Shown here: positions 1 to 13,330 of the stretch, one piece after another
How positions within the stretch are numbered: position 1 is the first letter of the stretch
How the letters are laid out: every line of letters begins with the position of its first letter
DNA from: the human T2T-CHM13v2.0 reference genome, Homo sapiens
Assembly (NCBI RefSeq): GCF_009914755.1
Contig: NC_060927.1
DNA length: 64,000 nt
Direction: 5' to 3' (one strand)
Notes under the pieces: model-generated
Databases searched by the model: none
Told to the model about the DNA's origin: nothing
Seen by the model: the letters and a program-made list of their open reading frames with translations, nothing else
Translations under genes and position numbers: made by a program

Positions 1-239
1 GTACTCTAATTCCAGTTCAAAAGATCCCAGGGAACACTCTGATTGGCCCAACTGAAGCCAATCAACAGTGGCCAAGAGGAAGTGATCCTGTGATTAACTT
101 CCATAACACATAGTTGGAGATCTAAATAGACAAAATATTAATTGTCTATTGCAGCTTAGCATAATTTTAATGCAAGAAATTTTTTTTTCTTCTCCAAAAG
201 ATGCTGAAGTTCTCCTTCTGGCTTTAGGTCATTTTAGTT

Positions 240-560
240 TTGTTTAACAAGCAACTATTGTGAATCTGCTCTGGGGTGAGAGGTGGAGGAACCAAGAAGA
301 GTAGGACAAAGTCCTTCCTTTCAAAAACCCACATCACAGTCAAATAGGGGAGACAGCTACATAAGTAGCTCATTGCAAAGTCCTGTGATAAGTGCTATGA
401 AAGCATAGCTGGAGAGGAACCACCTAACCAAGTCTGGGTCACAGACAAGATTTCCTGTAAGAACTGATTTTGGACAGTCTTGAAAGTTGAGTTAGAAGGG
501 GAAGGGCCTTCCAAACAGAAGTGTAAAATCCAAATGATTACAGGGGCATGGTTCTCACAA
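240..560 (-). mobile_element. L2 LINE 3' fragment
   Basis: L2-like antisense motifs (gtgataagtgctatgaa, aataggggagacag); highly diverged. Confidence 0.5.
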
Positions 561-929
561 TTAATCAATTGACTGTAAACCCCTCCATGGGAGAGGTCAG
601 GTCTTTATGATAAAGATACAAATACTTTACTTTTTTTTTTTTTAGCATTTTATCATTTTCAGAACACTTATCTAACAGAAACAGTACCACAAATAGGGAA
701 ATAAGAACAAAACAAACTTCTGAGAAAAAGATGAGTAGATTTTCTTCAACAGTGCTCAGCCCACACACGCCCCACTGCAGTCCCAGGAATAGGACTGGCC
801 TGCAGGTAGGTTAATTGCTCCAAGATTGGGGCTTTGCAGGTGGGTGTGGTGGAATCTGAAAATGGCCAGGAACTTCCAAGTTGCTAAGCAATGCCTCATG
901 GGGCCTAGACTGGGCAGTGAAGGTCGATG

Positions 930-1330
930 CAGACCTGTGAGAAAAGCGAGCATCAAGGAATTTGAGTTCTAATGAGTTTAAAGAACCAAACATGGGAATA
1001 AGGCCACAAGGAGTTGGAGGGAAAGAGGGTGAAGTCTGAGATGGAAAGATTTCTGAGATTGTGTAGTTCTAGCAGGTGGCATGCTCCATAGGATGTGGCT
1101 GTGCCAGGTTTGCTGAAGAGGTCGTGGGGAAGATAGTTATTGGAGGTGAAGAGGTCAAGGACCTTTGAGACAAGATGTTGGATGTCATTGAAGTCATCAA
1201 GGTTTATGGATAAGCCTAGAGTGGAGAGCAAAGCCAAGAGGCAGGTGCGAAAGCTTTCAGGGAAGAAAGGAAATGACCAGGAGGCTATGAAAGATGGCCA
1301 CTGGGAGGGGAGAAGGAAGTAGAGATGGAT
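930..1330 (-). mobile_element. L2 LINE fragment (endonuclease-region remnant)
   Basis: ORF 953..1480(-) contains LDDFND...KVLDLFTSNNY...TATS, resembling the decayed L2 APE endonuclease (GDFN motif region); gaagaggtcaagga motif. Confidence 0.6.
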
Positions 1331-1698
1331 GACAAGAGCTTCAAGAAGAAGGCCTTTGCATGGGCATGGAAGAGCCAGGTCCATGAGCAACTGCAGAGTC
1401 GGTGGGAGACGGCCATCGCTCCACTGGCAAGATGCTCCTAAGCAAGACAGAAGAGCTGGAGATAAATGAGCAGCCCACACTCAGGAAGTAAGTGACAAAG
1501 CATCGGCCAGCATCGAAGGTGCCAGCATAGCAAATATTTGCCGAACACCAGATTCTGCCTGAATGTAAAGATCAGCTCAGTGTTCACCAAAGTGTAGCAC
1601 TGCATTACTTTTCATGAGTGAGATGGTCATTTTCTCAGTTTAAGACTAACAATCTAAGACTAACATCTTATTCTACTGTGTATTAGAAAAAATATATG

Positions 1699-2051
<353 letters not shown>

Positions 2052-4044
2052 TGTTTACCTGGAGAATTCATAGATATTATCGCTTAGAATGAGGCTAAGG
2101 TTTAAAATAGGGCCAATTTAAAAAAAATATCAACTAAATAATAAGAGATGGTACACAGGTAAGGAGGAAAGTGTGAAGGTGGTATGCAAATACCCAAAAT
2201 GTGAGAAACACTGGCTTATCCCATTTACTTTTCACAACAACTTGGTGAGTTAGATATAGCTGTAATTCCCATCTGTGTATCAGGGCTTCAAGGCTTGGGG
2301 CGTGGAGTAACCTTCTTAACTACCAGGAAGCAGTGCAGCTAAGGAAGCTGCAGCTCTGCCTTACAACCCCGAGTCTAATCACCACGATACGCTGCAGCTC
2401 CAATTCACATGAAGGAAGGAAGTCCCAGGTCTCTGTGCTACTCAGGCCTCCACCAGTCTTGGTCCTGGGTATTCTGAAGACACACAGTCACCCACGGTAT
2501 TTTTTACTGAAGTATTTTAGATGCTGGTTCAGCCCAATTTCTTCTAGAATATTTAAAACAAGAACAAAACATCCCCACAGCATCTGACCCTTCATGTGCA
2601 ACCTCAGGCTCTTTCCACAGTCTCCCCCATGCCCAGCCTCTGCCATGATGGGCTCTGGGAAGCACAGCCCCTGTGGAAAGCTCTGGCTGCTTTCCCAGCT
2701 CCCAGACTCACATGATGAGCCATGCCGCCAGACACGGGGTCTGGCTTCCCAGAAGATAGGATAGGCGATGTGGCCCAGAAACACAGGAGAGTTGACTCCC
2801 TCACCCCTGACCAGTGGGGGACAAGAGGTAGGAGAGAACCAGGGATAAATCCCCACTCCATTCCTCCATGATGGGCTGTTTCGAGGCATGGCATTTCTGT
2901 AAATCTGTTCAGAGACATCCCCCATGGCAGAATGACCAGCTGGGCCTCTTGCTGAAGCAGGGCCGGCTCAGCAAGACAGCGCCTTGCATTCCCCCCACCC
3001 TTTCCCTGTGTTCCTTCCTTCACTCTCACTCTTGCTGCCCTAGGATCGTACCTTCCCCTTACATGGCACCTCACGCTCTCTATTCAAGGGAGGCTGGGCT
3101 ACGTGAAACCAAGCAGGGATTTCCATCCTACCCCCGCCAAGCCCCCAATCTCATCCATAGCGATTTTAAAAGCCAACTTCAAAAGTGCAGTGGGCTACTC
3201 TCTCACCTCACAGGACTTCCAGAGGAGTAAAGTGACCTGCAGGCAGGGGCTGGGAGGTGAAGCCTGCTTGAGTAGAGGGTGCCATAGCAGCCACTGTGCC
3301 TCTGTAGGCCCCTCAGCATTCGGGTGGGGCGTCCAGCGAGGCAGACCACATCATCAAATGTGCAGAGACGGCAGGTGGACACGAGTGAATAGGGTGAGAA
3401 CAGCAGCCATGAGGCTGTGCAGTCTCACCCCCGCTGGGTGCTGGCTCTCCCTGCCCCTGCTTGATGGGCTGTGGGCTGGCAGCAAGTCCCTGGGATATTC
3501 CCCTTAGGTGGAGGAGGGGAAGCACCTTGTGGAGAGAGACCTTTGAACTGGACAGTGATCGAATTCCTGGATTAGACTAACATTTTTATTGGATTAGACT
3601 GGGCTTTGCTGGAGTGGACTGAATTTAGTGTTCCTGCTGCCAAGTGGGAATGAGAGCTCATTAAAGAAAGTACATGCAATTATTATTATTTTTTAAGTGC
3701 AGTTGAATTCTCCCAGGCCCCACTTTAATTTGGCCAGGAGCCCTGTCCTTGAGTGTGAACCCTGAAGAGAGCCAACCAGACTCTGGCACTTGGACAAATA
3801 GGGTTTGTTTTCTGTGGCTGGAATCACAAGGCCTCGGGTGAACCAGGATGTAGTCCAGCGGTCTAGCACAGAACCTGTCTACACAGGAGGCCTACCTGTG
3901 CACCCCCAACCACAGAGATAATGGAAATAAAACATCAGCACTTCAAGTACACTTTTAAGATTCGATTTACTGTTTGTATTCATTGTGAACATAGCTCCAG
4001 TATCATTTTGCTGGGTTTTGTATGAGCTGGGTGTATGTGTGTGT

Positions 4045-4200
4045 GTAACGGTTAAGAGCTCAGGCTCTCTGATCAGATAGACCTGATTTGAGAACCAGCT
4101 CTGTCACCAGTAATGTAAGCTTGAGCACGTTCTCAACCTTTCTGAGGCTCAGCTTGTCATCTGAAAAGTGAGCTAATCCATACCAACCTCATTGGACCAT
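4045..4200 (+). mobile_element. MIR
   Basis: ggttaagagctcaggctct...aacctttctgaggctcagcttgtcatctgaaaagtgagctaat, MIR core. Confidence 0.7.
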
Positions 4201-4219
4201 CGTGAGAAGCCAGACCCAG

Positions 4220-4720
4220 CTTCACTCACCATCTCCACCATTCCCGCCATGCCCACAGCCCACTTCCTGCTGGCTACTCTCTGCTTCCACCCTGCCCCAA
4301 CCTGGATCCAGTCTCTGCCCAGATCTGTACTCTTGGGGAGGTGGACACTGTGGACTTCACTGGGCTCGTAGCCCACTGGTCTCCGGTTGGATTTGGCCCA
4401 TGGCAGGTGCTGGCAGGGCTGAGGCAGCGGGAGGAGGGAGATGGGAGAATCTCTCCCTGCCCCCCCCTCGCTCTGGTGCCGACTGTGCCCCTGGCTGTGC
4501 CCCTTTTGTGGCTCTGGCTGTCAGTGGACTCTGATTCCCTCCTTTGACTCTTCAGGCCTAAGGTGGCCCAGCATCACTCTGAGGTTACTCTCTGGGGACC
4601 TCAGCATTCTTTAGGGCCCCCATTTGCCCTGTCCCAGAGATCTGCAAATGATCCCTTCATACGTATCGCCATGGGGACCGTCAGGGAGAATTATTTCTCC
4701 TACCTAACCTGGGGTGATGC
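4220..4720 (+). mobile_element. ERVL-type solo LTR (LTR33-like)
   Basis: ccggttggatttggcccatggcagg...cttcaggcctaaggtgg motifs typical of LTR33; diverged. Confidence 0.5.
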
Positions 4721-5424
4721 GCTCCTGGATTAGTATTTAACTGGTAATTTTCTTAAACAAACTCTCATTTTAAGAATCTAAACTATTTGTTTGACAGGAA
4801 TTTCATCTCTCCATGTAATTATGGACTTATCCTGGTTTTGATCTTTCCTAATACACATTAAAATAAACAAACACCTTTTAAAGTAAAAGTGTTCACCACA
4901 TTCCACCTAAAATCATCACTGGTACCCCCATGGCCAGTGACACCCCAGGAAAGGACTGAGTCACTGTATGTGAAGCTCTCAGCTCAGGGACACACGCTTT
5001 TTTGTCTGAGTACTGTCCTTAAAATAAGGACCCAAGTTGTCACATGGCGGCAATCCAGACATATGGCAAACCCACACCACGGAGAAACGCGTTTCTTCTT
5101 AAACTACCTATACTTTTCACAGAAAACACAACATATTCTCCTGTTGATAATAAAAGATGAGTGCCTCCTACTTCACCAGCACCCTCTTCTCCCCACTGCA
5201 GAAAGGTCAAGAAATGATCTACAATGGCCCAAAGCCCCGCCCCGTGCAAACATCAAGTCTTTCTGAAGTCCATCTTCAAATTACAAGCATTTTAAAAATA
5301 AACTTGGTGGATTCTTGCTGAGATTTTCAGACCAAGAGGCTGAATAGCTAAGACAGAACATACCACTCTTTGTTAAAAAAGAATATACCCAGAAAGCTGG
5401 GTTCAACTTCTTAACTAGGTTGAG

Positions 5425-5545
5425 CTGTGTTCTCCTTCCTCCTGCCCCAGCCCCACCCACCCCACACGCACGCACACTCGCACTCACACCCACATCCTCA
5501 CACCCCACACACACTCATACCCACACACAGCCCCTGCCTGCCCCC
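5425..5545. repeat. CA/C-rich low-complexity tract
   Basis: Degenerate (cccacac)n visible directly. Confidence 0.8.
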
Positions 5546-6989
5546 CAGTCACAGGGGCAGGGTGGCAGGTCCTTTTCTGTGCCCTCTAGCACCAGGGAAC
5601 TTGCTGCTTTCTGCACAAATTGCCTCTGGAACAAAGCAAGCTGGCCTGTGAGAGGATTTTGCCACATCTGCTGGAGCAGTGTTGCTTAGGATCAAGCAAG
5701 ACTGATGACAAAACTTATTTTTAAAAATTCTTCTTGCTATTTAAGTCACAGCAGACGATGAGCTGCACTGAGCTGTGCAGAGGGGTGCCCCATCGGGTGG
5801 GGAGCAACTTTGGCTTGATTCTAGGAAAGGGGGAGGGAAAATGACTTTAAGAAAAGAAACACACTTTGGTCATCCAGAATCTTTCTTTTTTTTTTTTTTT
5901 TTTTTTTTTCAGTTTGAGGCAAGCCTGTCTTCTGTACAAATACCAAATACCAGAACCTGCTAATCCCTAATGGAGTGAAGACAGCTACGTGGGTGTGATA
6001 ATGCCAGGAAAACCTGGGCAACTCCTGCAACTCTGAGGTCAGCTAGGCCTCTCTGGCCCTACCAGATCCAGCTAAGAGGACTGCAGACCCATAAGGCCAC
6101 AGTGAAGTTCAAGTTCCATACCCTCCAAAGATTTCTGCAAATTCCCAGCCCTTAGCCTCCTCCTAGTCCCCTCTGCCCTGGGAATCCAGAGTGGTGTCCC
6201 CTTTACCCACTCAGCTGCCCAGATGTAAACTATCAACCCTTTCACTGATTTGCACAGAAAAATCCACTCTACCCAGGCACAGCTCTTCCCTGACATAGCA
6301 TTCTCAATTTACCTCCCACAGAAAGGGCAGAAGGCAAAGGGGTGTTTTGCAAAAAAGGCCTCTGCCATTTATTTCAGTTGGGAACATTTAATCCATTCCA
6401 GTACTCCAAAAGACAGTCCAATTTTTCACATAAATAAAATCCTTATAAGAAAAATCTCTAGTTATATATGAGGTGAAAAGTACAGATTTCTTATTTTAAA
6501 CACCAGTCAGTTATTTCAGTAACCGAAGCAGCACCAAAAACATTCTGAATCAAAGTTTCTCATGCACTGTGAGTTTCTCCAGCAAAGTCCAGCATTCAGG
6601 CACCTTCTCTTTAAAGGCAAAACACAGCAAAGGAACAAAAACAAAAAAACAACCACCACCAAAGATGCTATTATGGGGCCTCTCCTGAGTGTAGAAGTGA
6701 AAGACGAAGTTCCGTGAATCACAATGGCCAACTTTTGTAACTTGCCTGTCAGGGTTTGCTGAGAAAAACCAAGAGGGCAAGATATAGGAATGGGAAGAAC
6801 AGCTTCCCCACAATGGCTGGCACTTACCTGGGCCAGGCATGGTGCTCAGCCTTGTTTTAAAATTTAATTCTATTTCTATCAAACTTAATACATACACGTT
6901 TTAAAAAGTCAAATACTACTATAAGGCTAGTAAAAAAATGTAGTGTTCCCCTCCCCATACCTTCCCCACCCCAAGTCCCAATTCAGCAA

Positions 6990-7745
6990 ATACTTTTCAT
7001 ATTTACCTCCACTTTTCTGAGTAAAAGACATACTATTGAATCCTGACTTTTCCATTTTAGACATAATCTCCTGCCTTCCTGCTATGGTTGCTGAGGGTTT
7101 TAGAAAGGATACCTTTACCTCATCTACTTTCCCTTCTACATCCTCCCCATGTAATCATGTCACAGGTTTTGTTAAATCATTATTCAATGAACATGTTATT
7201 CTCATTAAGTAAACATTGTTCAAGCTGCTCCAGAAAAGTGTTGCATTTTCTTTTGCATATGACTTTTTGTTTTCCCTGGAATTAATTATTGACTTTGCTT
7301 CCACTTGCATAATTTATGTAGCCATCACTAATTCTCCCTACAAACTCTGCAGAAGAGATGTAAAATTCCCCTGGGTATATTGAAACATATCCATCCCATC
7401 TGTACCTTGGAGATGTCCTTCCAGAAGCTGTCCTTCCTCCTGTTCCAATCTGAGCTGGTGACCTGTCATCCTTGTCACCCAGTGGTCATCCAGGGGCTTC
7501 ACTTACCAAACCCTGAATTCCCTTTGCCTCTCTTCTGTGTTGAATCACTTTTCTGGATCCTATAGCATCCTCTTTCTTTGTTAATTCCTTTATTTTGGGA
7601 TATCTGTACTAGCTTCCAGAGATCACCCTTGGTTGCTTAGCTGGATATAGAGTTCGAGGCTGAAAATGTTTTCCTCAGCATTTTGAAAGTCTTGTTCCTT
7701 TATTTTCTATATTCTGATGTGCTAAGATGATTAATGCCACTCTGA
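6990..7745 (-). mobile_element. ancient L1-related fragment (HAL1/L1ME-like)
   Basis: T-rich antisense LINE-like sequence (gcttagctggatatagag...gctgaaaatgttttcctcagcattttgaaag); shares motifs with 39300-41400. Confidence 0.5.
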
Positions 7746-8716
7746 AATTTCTCAAAAGAAGACATGCAAATGGCAAACAGGTATACGAAAAGGTGTTCAA
7801 TATCATTGATCATTGGAGAAATGCAAATCAAAACTACAATGAGATATTATCTCATACCAGCTAAAATAGCTTTTATCCAAAAGTTAGGCAATAACAAATG
7901 CTAGCGAGGATGTGGAGAAAAGGAAGCCCTCATACATTGTTGGCAAGAATGTAAATTAGTACAACCACTACGGAGAAGAGCTTGGAGGTTCCTCAAAAAA
8001 CTAAAAATAGAGTTACCATATGATCCAGCAATCTCACTCTTAGGTATATACCCAAAAGAAAGGAGATCAGTATATCAAAGAGCTATCTGTCTCATGTTTA
8101 TTGCAGTACTATTCACAATAGTCAATATCTGGAAGCAAACCAAGTGTCTATCAACAGATGAATGGATAAAGAAAATGTGGTACATATACACAGTGGAGTG
8201 CCATTCAGCCATAAAAAAAAAAAAAAGAACGAGATCCTGTCATTTACAACAACATGGATGAAACTGGAGGTCATTATGTTAAGTGAAATAAACCAGGCAC
8301 AGAAAGACAAACGTCTCATGTTCTTACTTATTTGTGGGAGCTAAAAATTAAAATAATTGAACTCGTGGAGATAGAGAGTAGAAGGATGGTTACCAGAGAC
8401 TGGGAAAGGTATGGGAGGGAGAGTGGGGATGGTTAAGGGGTATAAAAAATAGTTGGAAAGAATGAATAAGACCTAGTATTTGACAGCACAACAGGGTGAC
8501 TATAGTCAAACATAATTTAATTGTACATTTTAAAATAACTAAGAGTATGAGTGGATTATTTGTAACACAAAGGAAAAATGCTTGAGGTGATGGATCCCCC
8601 ATTCTCCATGATGTGATTATTATGCATTGCATGCCTGTATCAAAATATCTCATGTGACCCATAAATATATACACCTACCATGTACCCACAAAAATAAAAA
8701 TAAAATAAAAAATAAA
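7746..8716 (+). mobile_element. L1MA (L1MA1-3-like) 3' end, 5'-truncated
   Basis: ORF2 C-terminal remnant (gaaatgcaaatcaaaactacaatgagata) plus L1MA 3'UTR and (AAAAAT)n tail. Confidence 0.9.
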
Positions 8717-8729
8717 GATACAGGAAAAG

Positions 8730-9700
8730 AAGAAAACATTCATTATGCTGAGCACTTTTTGGGCCTGTTCAGTCTAGTAAATCATATACTTTTGTTCTGA
8801 AATATTTCAGAATATTGTTCTCTTCGATAATTTTCTCTCTTCCATTTTCTTTATTTTCTCTGGAGTATTGGGCCTCTAATATGAATCTAATGTTTTTTAC
8901 CACACTTTTTGAGACTTTACCCACTTTAGCCCCATCCTTTTTATTGCATTTTATTTCTGTTTTTGTGTTCTTTTCATTTTCAACACCTCTACCGTCCCCT
9001 AAATAGTCTTGTCTTATGGATGCAGGGCCTTCGCTCCCTTCAAGGGTGGAGCAACATGATCTCTGTTTACTCTAATTTCCTTTTCTCCTCTTGTTTTGAT
9101 ATTTGCTTTCCATGGTGAAGATTTTCCTTGTAATCATTGCCTTTTCATTTATATTAGGAAGGTGGCATCCAAGGTTGGCTGGAAGCTCATTAAGTAGAAT
9201 GAGCTTGCCAATAGGGTCTTTGCTGAGGATGATCAGGCAGGGGACCTGCTGCTGTTCCTTTGGAAGATTCCGCCAAAATTCAGTATTTCTGCTCTTTCCT
9301 CTGGTTTCTGGCCTGGGGAATCTAATGCATTCTGGGAGCCTACTGGGGAAATAGGACTGAAGTGGGGGTAAAGCTGCAAAATTTCGTTTAACCTTGTTTC
9401 TGTCCAGGGCCTCACCTCTACCCCAGCTGTGCCTGGCAACTCTGGGTTGGAAGCCAGCCTGGATCAGTTTCTTCGGAGGGTAAAACTTCAGGCTTCTGCT
9501 GGGGCAAGGAAGGCCTTGAGCTCAGGTTGTGTTGGGCAGGGATTTAACGACTCTTCACACAGACGTATCAAACCTTCTTCCTTCAGCTCCTCCAATTACC
9601 CCAACTTTCAGAGGTTCCTGGTCCTTCAATTCTTGAGTGTTTATAAGTGTCTGCAGCATGAATGGACTTGTTTCTTGTTGCCATTCCCATCTGCAGGCTT
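8730..9700 (-). mobile_element. ancient L1-related fragment, probable continuation of 6990-7745
   Basis: Antisense LINE-like pyrimidine-rich sequence resumes after the L1MA insertion. Confidence 0.4.
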
Positions 9701-9824
9701 CCGACAGCGGAGAAAGTTGAGTGTTAATTAGGTTTTATTCCTTCTGTTAGTCCTCATGGTGCATATATTCTTATTACTTGAATACAAGTCCTGGTAAGTA
9801 GGTTCCCTGCATTCTGTTGGACCT

Positions 9825-9975
9825 GTTCTCACAACCCTAGGATGTAGGTACTATTATTAACCCCAAGTAGAGAGGAGGAAATGGAGTTTGAAAGTGGTAG
9901 GTAATCTATGTTAGGGCACACTGCTGTGGTTTGAACCCAGGGAGCTTGACCACCCTTTCCCTGACCACCATGTTA
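9825..9975 (-). mobile_element. MIR
   Basis: ctcacaaccctaggatgtaggtactattattaacccc...gaggaggaaatggag. Confidence 0.65.
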
Positions 9976-10246
9976 GGCAGTCTCATGGGGTTGCAAAACC
10001 AGAAGATGGGGGTCAAGGTGCTAGAGAAGAGTGATCCTGGAAGCTCCTCTGATTGTCTGCTATTGGCTTAAATCCTCTATTGAGTCTCATGGTGAAAATT
10101 TGTTACACAGAAGTTTTTGAGAACGCAGAGCACTACTATTGTAGGCGAGCTTTGATTCCCAAGCAGCACAGACTTTGTGGCCAGGCCAGGCACCTCACAA
10201 GGTGTCTGAGCTTAGACATGACCTGAAGAAGAAAGCGTTCTGAAAT

Positions 10247-10430
10247 CAGGGGTTTTCAAATATACCACATATTAGAATCACCTGGGGAGCCTTTCACAAT
10301 CCAGATGTTTGGGAGCCCTGCCTCCCCAAATCAATTAAATTAGAATCCTTAGGAATGGGACTTTGGAATCTATATTTTGTAAAGCTTCCCAAGTGATTCC
10401 AATGTGCAGCCAAGTTTAGAACCGGGACTG
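10247..10430. mobile_element. MER5B-like hAT-Charlie MITE
   Basis: attagaatcacctggggagc...cttcccaagtgattccaatgtgcagccaagtttagaacc. Confidence 0.75.
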
Positions 10431-10435
10431 CAGAC

Positions 10436-10925
10436 CAGCAGTTTGCAAACTGTAATACGCACCTGAATTATCTGAGAATCTTGTTGCAATGCAGATTCTG
10501 ATTCACTAGGTACTATGGTCTGAATGTTGATGTCCTCCCAAAAGTCACATATTGGAACTTAGTCTCCAATGTTATGGTATTGAGAGGTGGGGCCTTCAGG
10601 AGGTGATTTGGTCAAGAGGATAGGGCCCTCATGAATGGGATTAGTGCCCTTATAAAAGAGGCTTGAGGGAGCCCTTTGCCTCTTCCACCACGTGAGGACA
10701 CAGCAAGAAGGTACCGTCCATGAGGAATGGGCCCTCACTGAACGAGACACTGAATTTGCCAGCACCTTGATCTTGGACTTTCCGGCCTCCAGGACCGTCA
10801 GCAATAAGTTTCTGTTGTTTATAAATTACCTAGTGTAAGGTATTTTGTTATAACAGCCTGAACAGACTAAGTCACTAGGTCTATCCAGCTCCCAGGTGAT
10901 GCTGCAGGTCCACGACCGCACTGCA
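10436..10925. mobile_element. MER5A1-like MITE interrupted by MLT1A
   Basis: aatgcagattctgattcactaggt on the left resumes as ctaggtct...ctcccaggtgatgctgcaggtcc on the right. Confidence 0.6.
10511..10874 (+). mobile_element. MLT1A-family MaLR solo LTR
   Basis: tactatggtctgaatg...gggattagtgcccttataaaagag...acagactaagtca; perfect 5-bp TSD CTAGG at 10506-10510 and 10875-10879. Confidence 0.9.
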
Positions 10926-12869
10926 GATAAAACGGGCAGGAAGTTATTTCCTCGGAGGCAGCATCTAAGGTTGGCATTGAGGTGTGAATTTCAAGTTAAC
11001 GGTTAAATTTTTTTTTTCATAATTACTATAAAAATTCATGTATTGCAAAAAGGGATATAAATTCTATAACAGAGTTCATCTAAAAAATGTAAGGAGAATA
11101 TTCATTAGCAAAGGCTTTATGCTTTTAAAAAGTAGATGTTACTGAAGATTTCATAAGAGAGGTGATGCTGGTTTCCACCTCACGTTAAGTTTATAACCCA
11201 AACAACCAGCTGAGAGCCCCAGGCATCCCCAGCCTCAGGACATCCAGGGGCCACTGCACCTCTCTGTGGCTTTATGTCCACTCAGCTCTTCCAGCCACTT
11301 TTTCCTGCTGAGTCCCCTTCAAGAGCAACACAAAATACCTCCCCTTGAATAAAAAAAGAATAACCTACTCTCTCCCTTAGAAGCACCACCTTGATGTTCC
11401 AAACACAGATCAATGCCTGTTCTCAAACAAAAGCAGTACTGTTTCTTAAAGGAACTGTGATAAGTTAAATATTCCTACTTCATTAGACCATGAGAAGAAA
11501 TCTAGGTTTACAAAAATAATTACGTTTTTGTGTGTTTCTATATGATGGCTAAAGAATTCTAGATGGACCCCAAGGGGTCCAAACATTCAGGGAATTTCTA
11601 GGGCTATAAAATAACCTGTATTTATTTATCTCACTTTTCTCCCATCCCCGCCTGGCTTCTCAAATTCTCTTTGCTTTTCTCCACCAGCAGACACGGGTAT
11701 CACATATCAGAGAGAAAGAATAGTTCCAGAGGAAATCTGTATTGTCCTTATTTCATAAATTGGGTTTAATAATTCATCTAAAAGAGAATTTTTAGCAACA
11801 CGGTTTGCATAGAAAAAGAGAACATGCCTTCCCTAAATAGACATCTGTTACTCTTGCTGCAACGCTGAGTGGGGAGAAAAAAGGCCAGTCGGGTCCAAGT
11901 GCATCTTTCAGATTCACTAAGGACATCATGGTCTCCAGTCCCTTAGGCAAAAGTGATTTTAGAGCACGCTGTGCAAGGAAAGGAATTTAAACCACACCTG
12001 AAAAGTCTCCTCTTTGTCACTGCAGAAATTTACCTAGAGGTCATTGTGACAAACATGCCTATTCCTAAAACATCTGCAGATTATATGTCCGTTCATTTCC
12101 TGGTCATAAAATGCCACCTGCCTAGACCCCCCACTGTTGCCTCAAATATCAAACCAATGTTGTCTTGTGGGGCAGACGGTGGCAGGTTTGGGGTCTGCAG
12201 GTCTCCACATGCACACACAAAGCTGTTTAGAACGTCAAGAAAATCAGTCATTCACACAGCTGCGCTGCTCATGCGTGACAGGCTGACTTTAAATATTTGT
12301 CACTCCAACTAGCTGACATAGGGGGAGGGGAAGCTGGTAGAATGAAAGGGGAAGAAAATTAACAGAAACCCTAATTGCCCAGGTTTGCTGCCTTGAATAT
12401 TTCTGCAGTAGCTCTGCGGCAAGCAGCACCATCAACGTTTTCAGACCTGACAATGGGAAAGTTGCCACGGAGTCAAAGACCCAGCCAAAGAGGCAATTAA
12501 TACCTCCTTTTTTATTTTAGAGACATCATCTATCTCTCTGCCCTGAAAAAAAAAAATGGCTTGAGAATTCTTTCCTAGTTCCTTTTTCCAAAGTGCCCTT
12601 ATTTTACCACGTCCTTTGCTGAGTCTTGTGCAGTCCTGGGAGCATCTGAATAAACTGAATTTCCCAAATGTTTCAAGTATCTGCAATCATATAAAGTCTT
12701 TCTCTTGAAACTTGGCACAGTCTAATGAAATAACTGAGGTATTTTTTTTGAAGGCTGTATTTTGTTTATTAAGAAAGATTGCCTGGAGCAATAACACCCA
12801 GAATTGAGAAAGAAAACGGGCACACTTATTCTACTTGGAGGTGAGTGTACTGAGCCCACCCTTCTAGAT

Positions 12870-13330
12870 AATAGTTTGACCCCTTTAAAAGTGTGATGAT
12901 CTTTGACCTGGCAATCCCATTTGTCCCAAGGAAATAGTGTGTATAAAAAATTGCTGCATTCTGGTGTCCATCATTTATAATAGCAAAAGTTGGGGAGCAA
13001 CTGAAAAGTCAAAAAATAAGGCTAGTGACAAGTTAAGTCATGGCAAATTTGTATAATGAAATACGGTGTAGTCATTAAAAACATTTGTAGTAGAATATTT
13101 GATATGGGGAAATGTTCGTGATGCATTATTAAATATAAAAATTATAAAACACCATGTACATTATGATACTGTTTTAAATTTCTTTTAATCAATTTTGTGA
13201 TAGTATATGCTTAGAAAAAAATCACTAGATTTTCAACAACGTATAGTATTATGGGGTGGAGAGCTGAGATTATGGGGAACTTTTAGTTTCTTCTTTGTCC
13301 TTTCCTGTATTTTCCTACTATAATGCATCA
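12870..13330 (+). mobile_element. L1ME 3' fragment
   Basis: ctttgacctggcaatcccattt...tttataatagcaaaagttgg remnant of ORF2 end and 3'UTR. Confidence 0.55.

Noticed and set aside
953-1480. 175-aa minus-strand ORF
   Set aside because: Explained as a decayed L2 remnant, not a host gene.
6822-6850. Minus-strand CACCATG...CAG|GTAAGT, resembling a tiny first coding exon (MPGP)
   Set aside because: It also matches the decayed L2/MIR 3' motif (agcacagtgcctggcac...); no supporting acceptor or promoter context, so not called.
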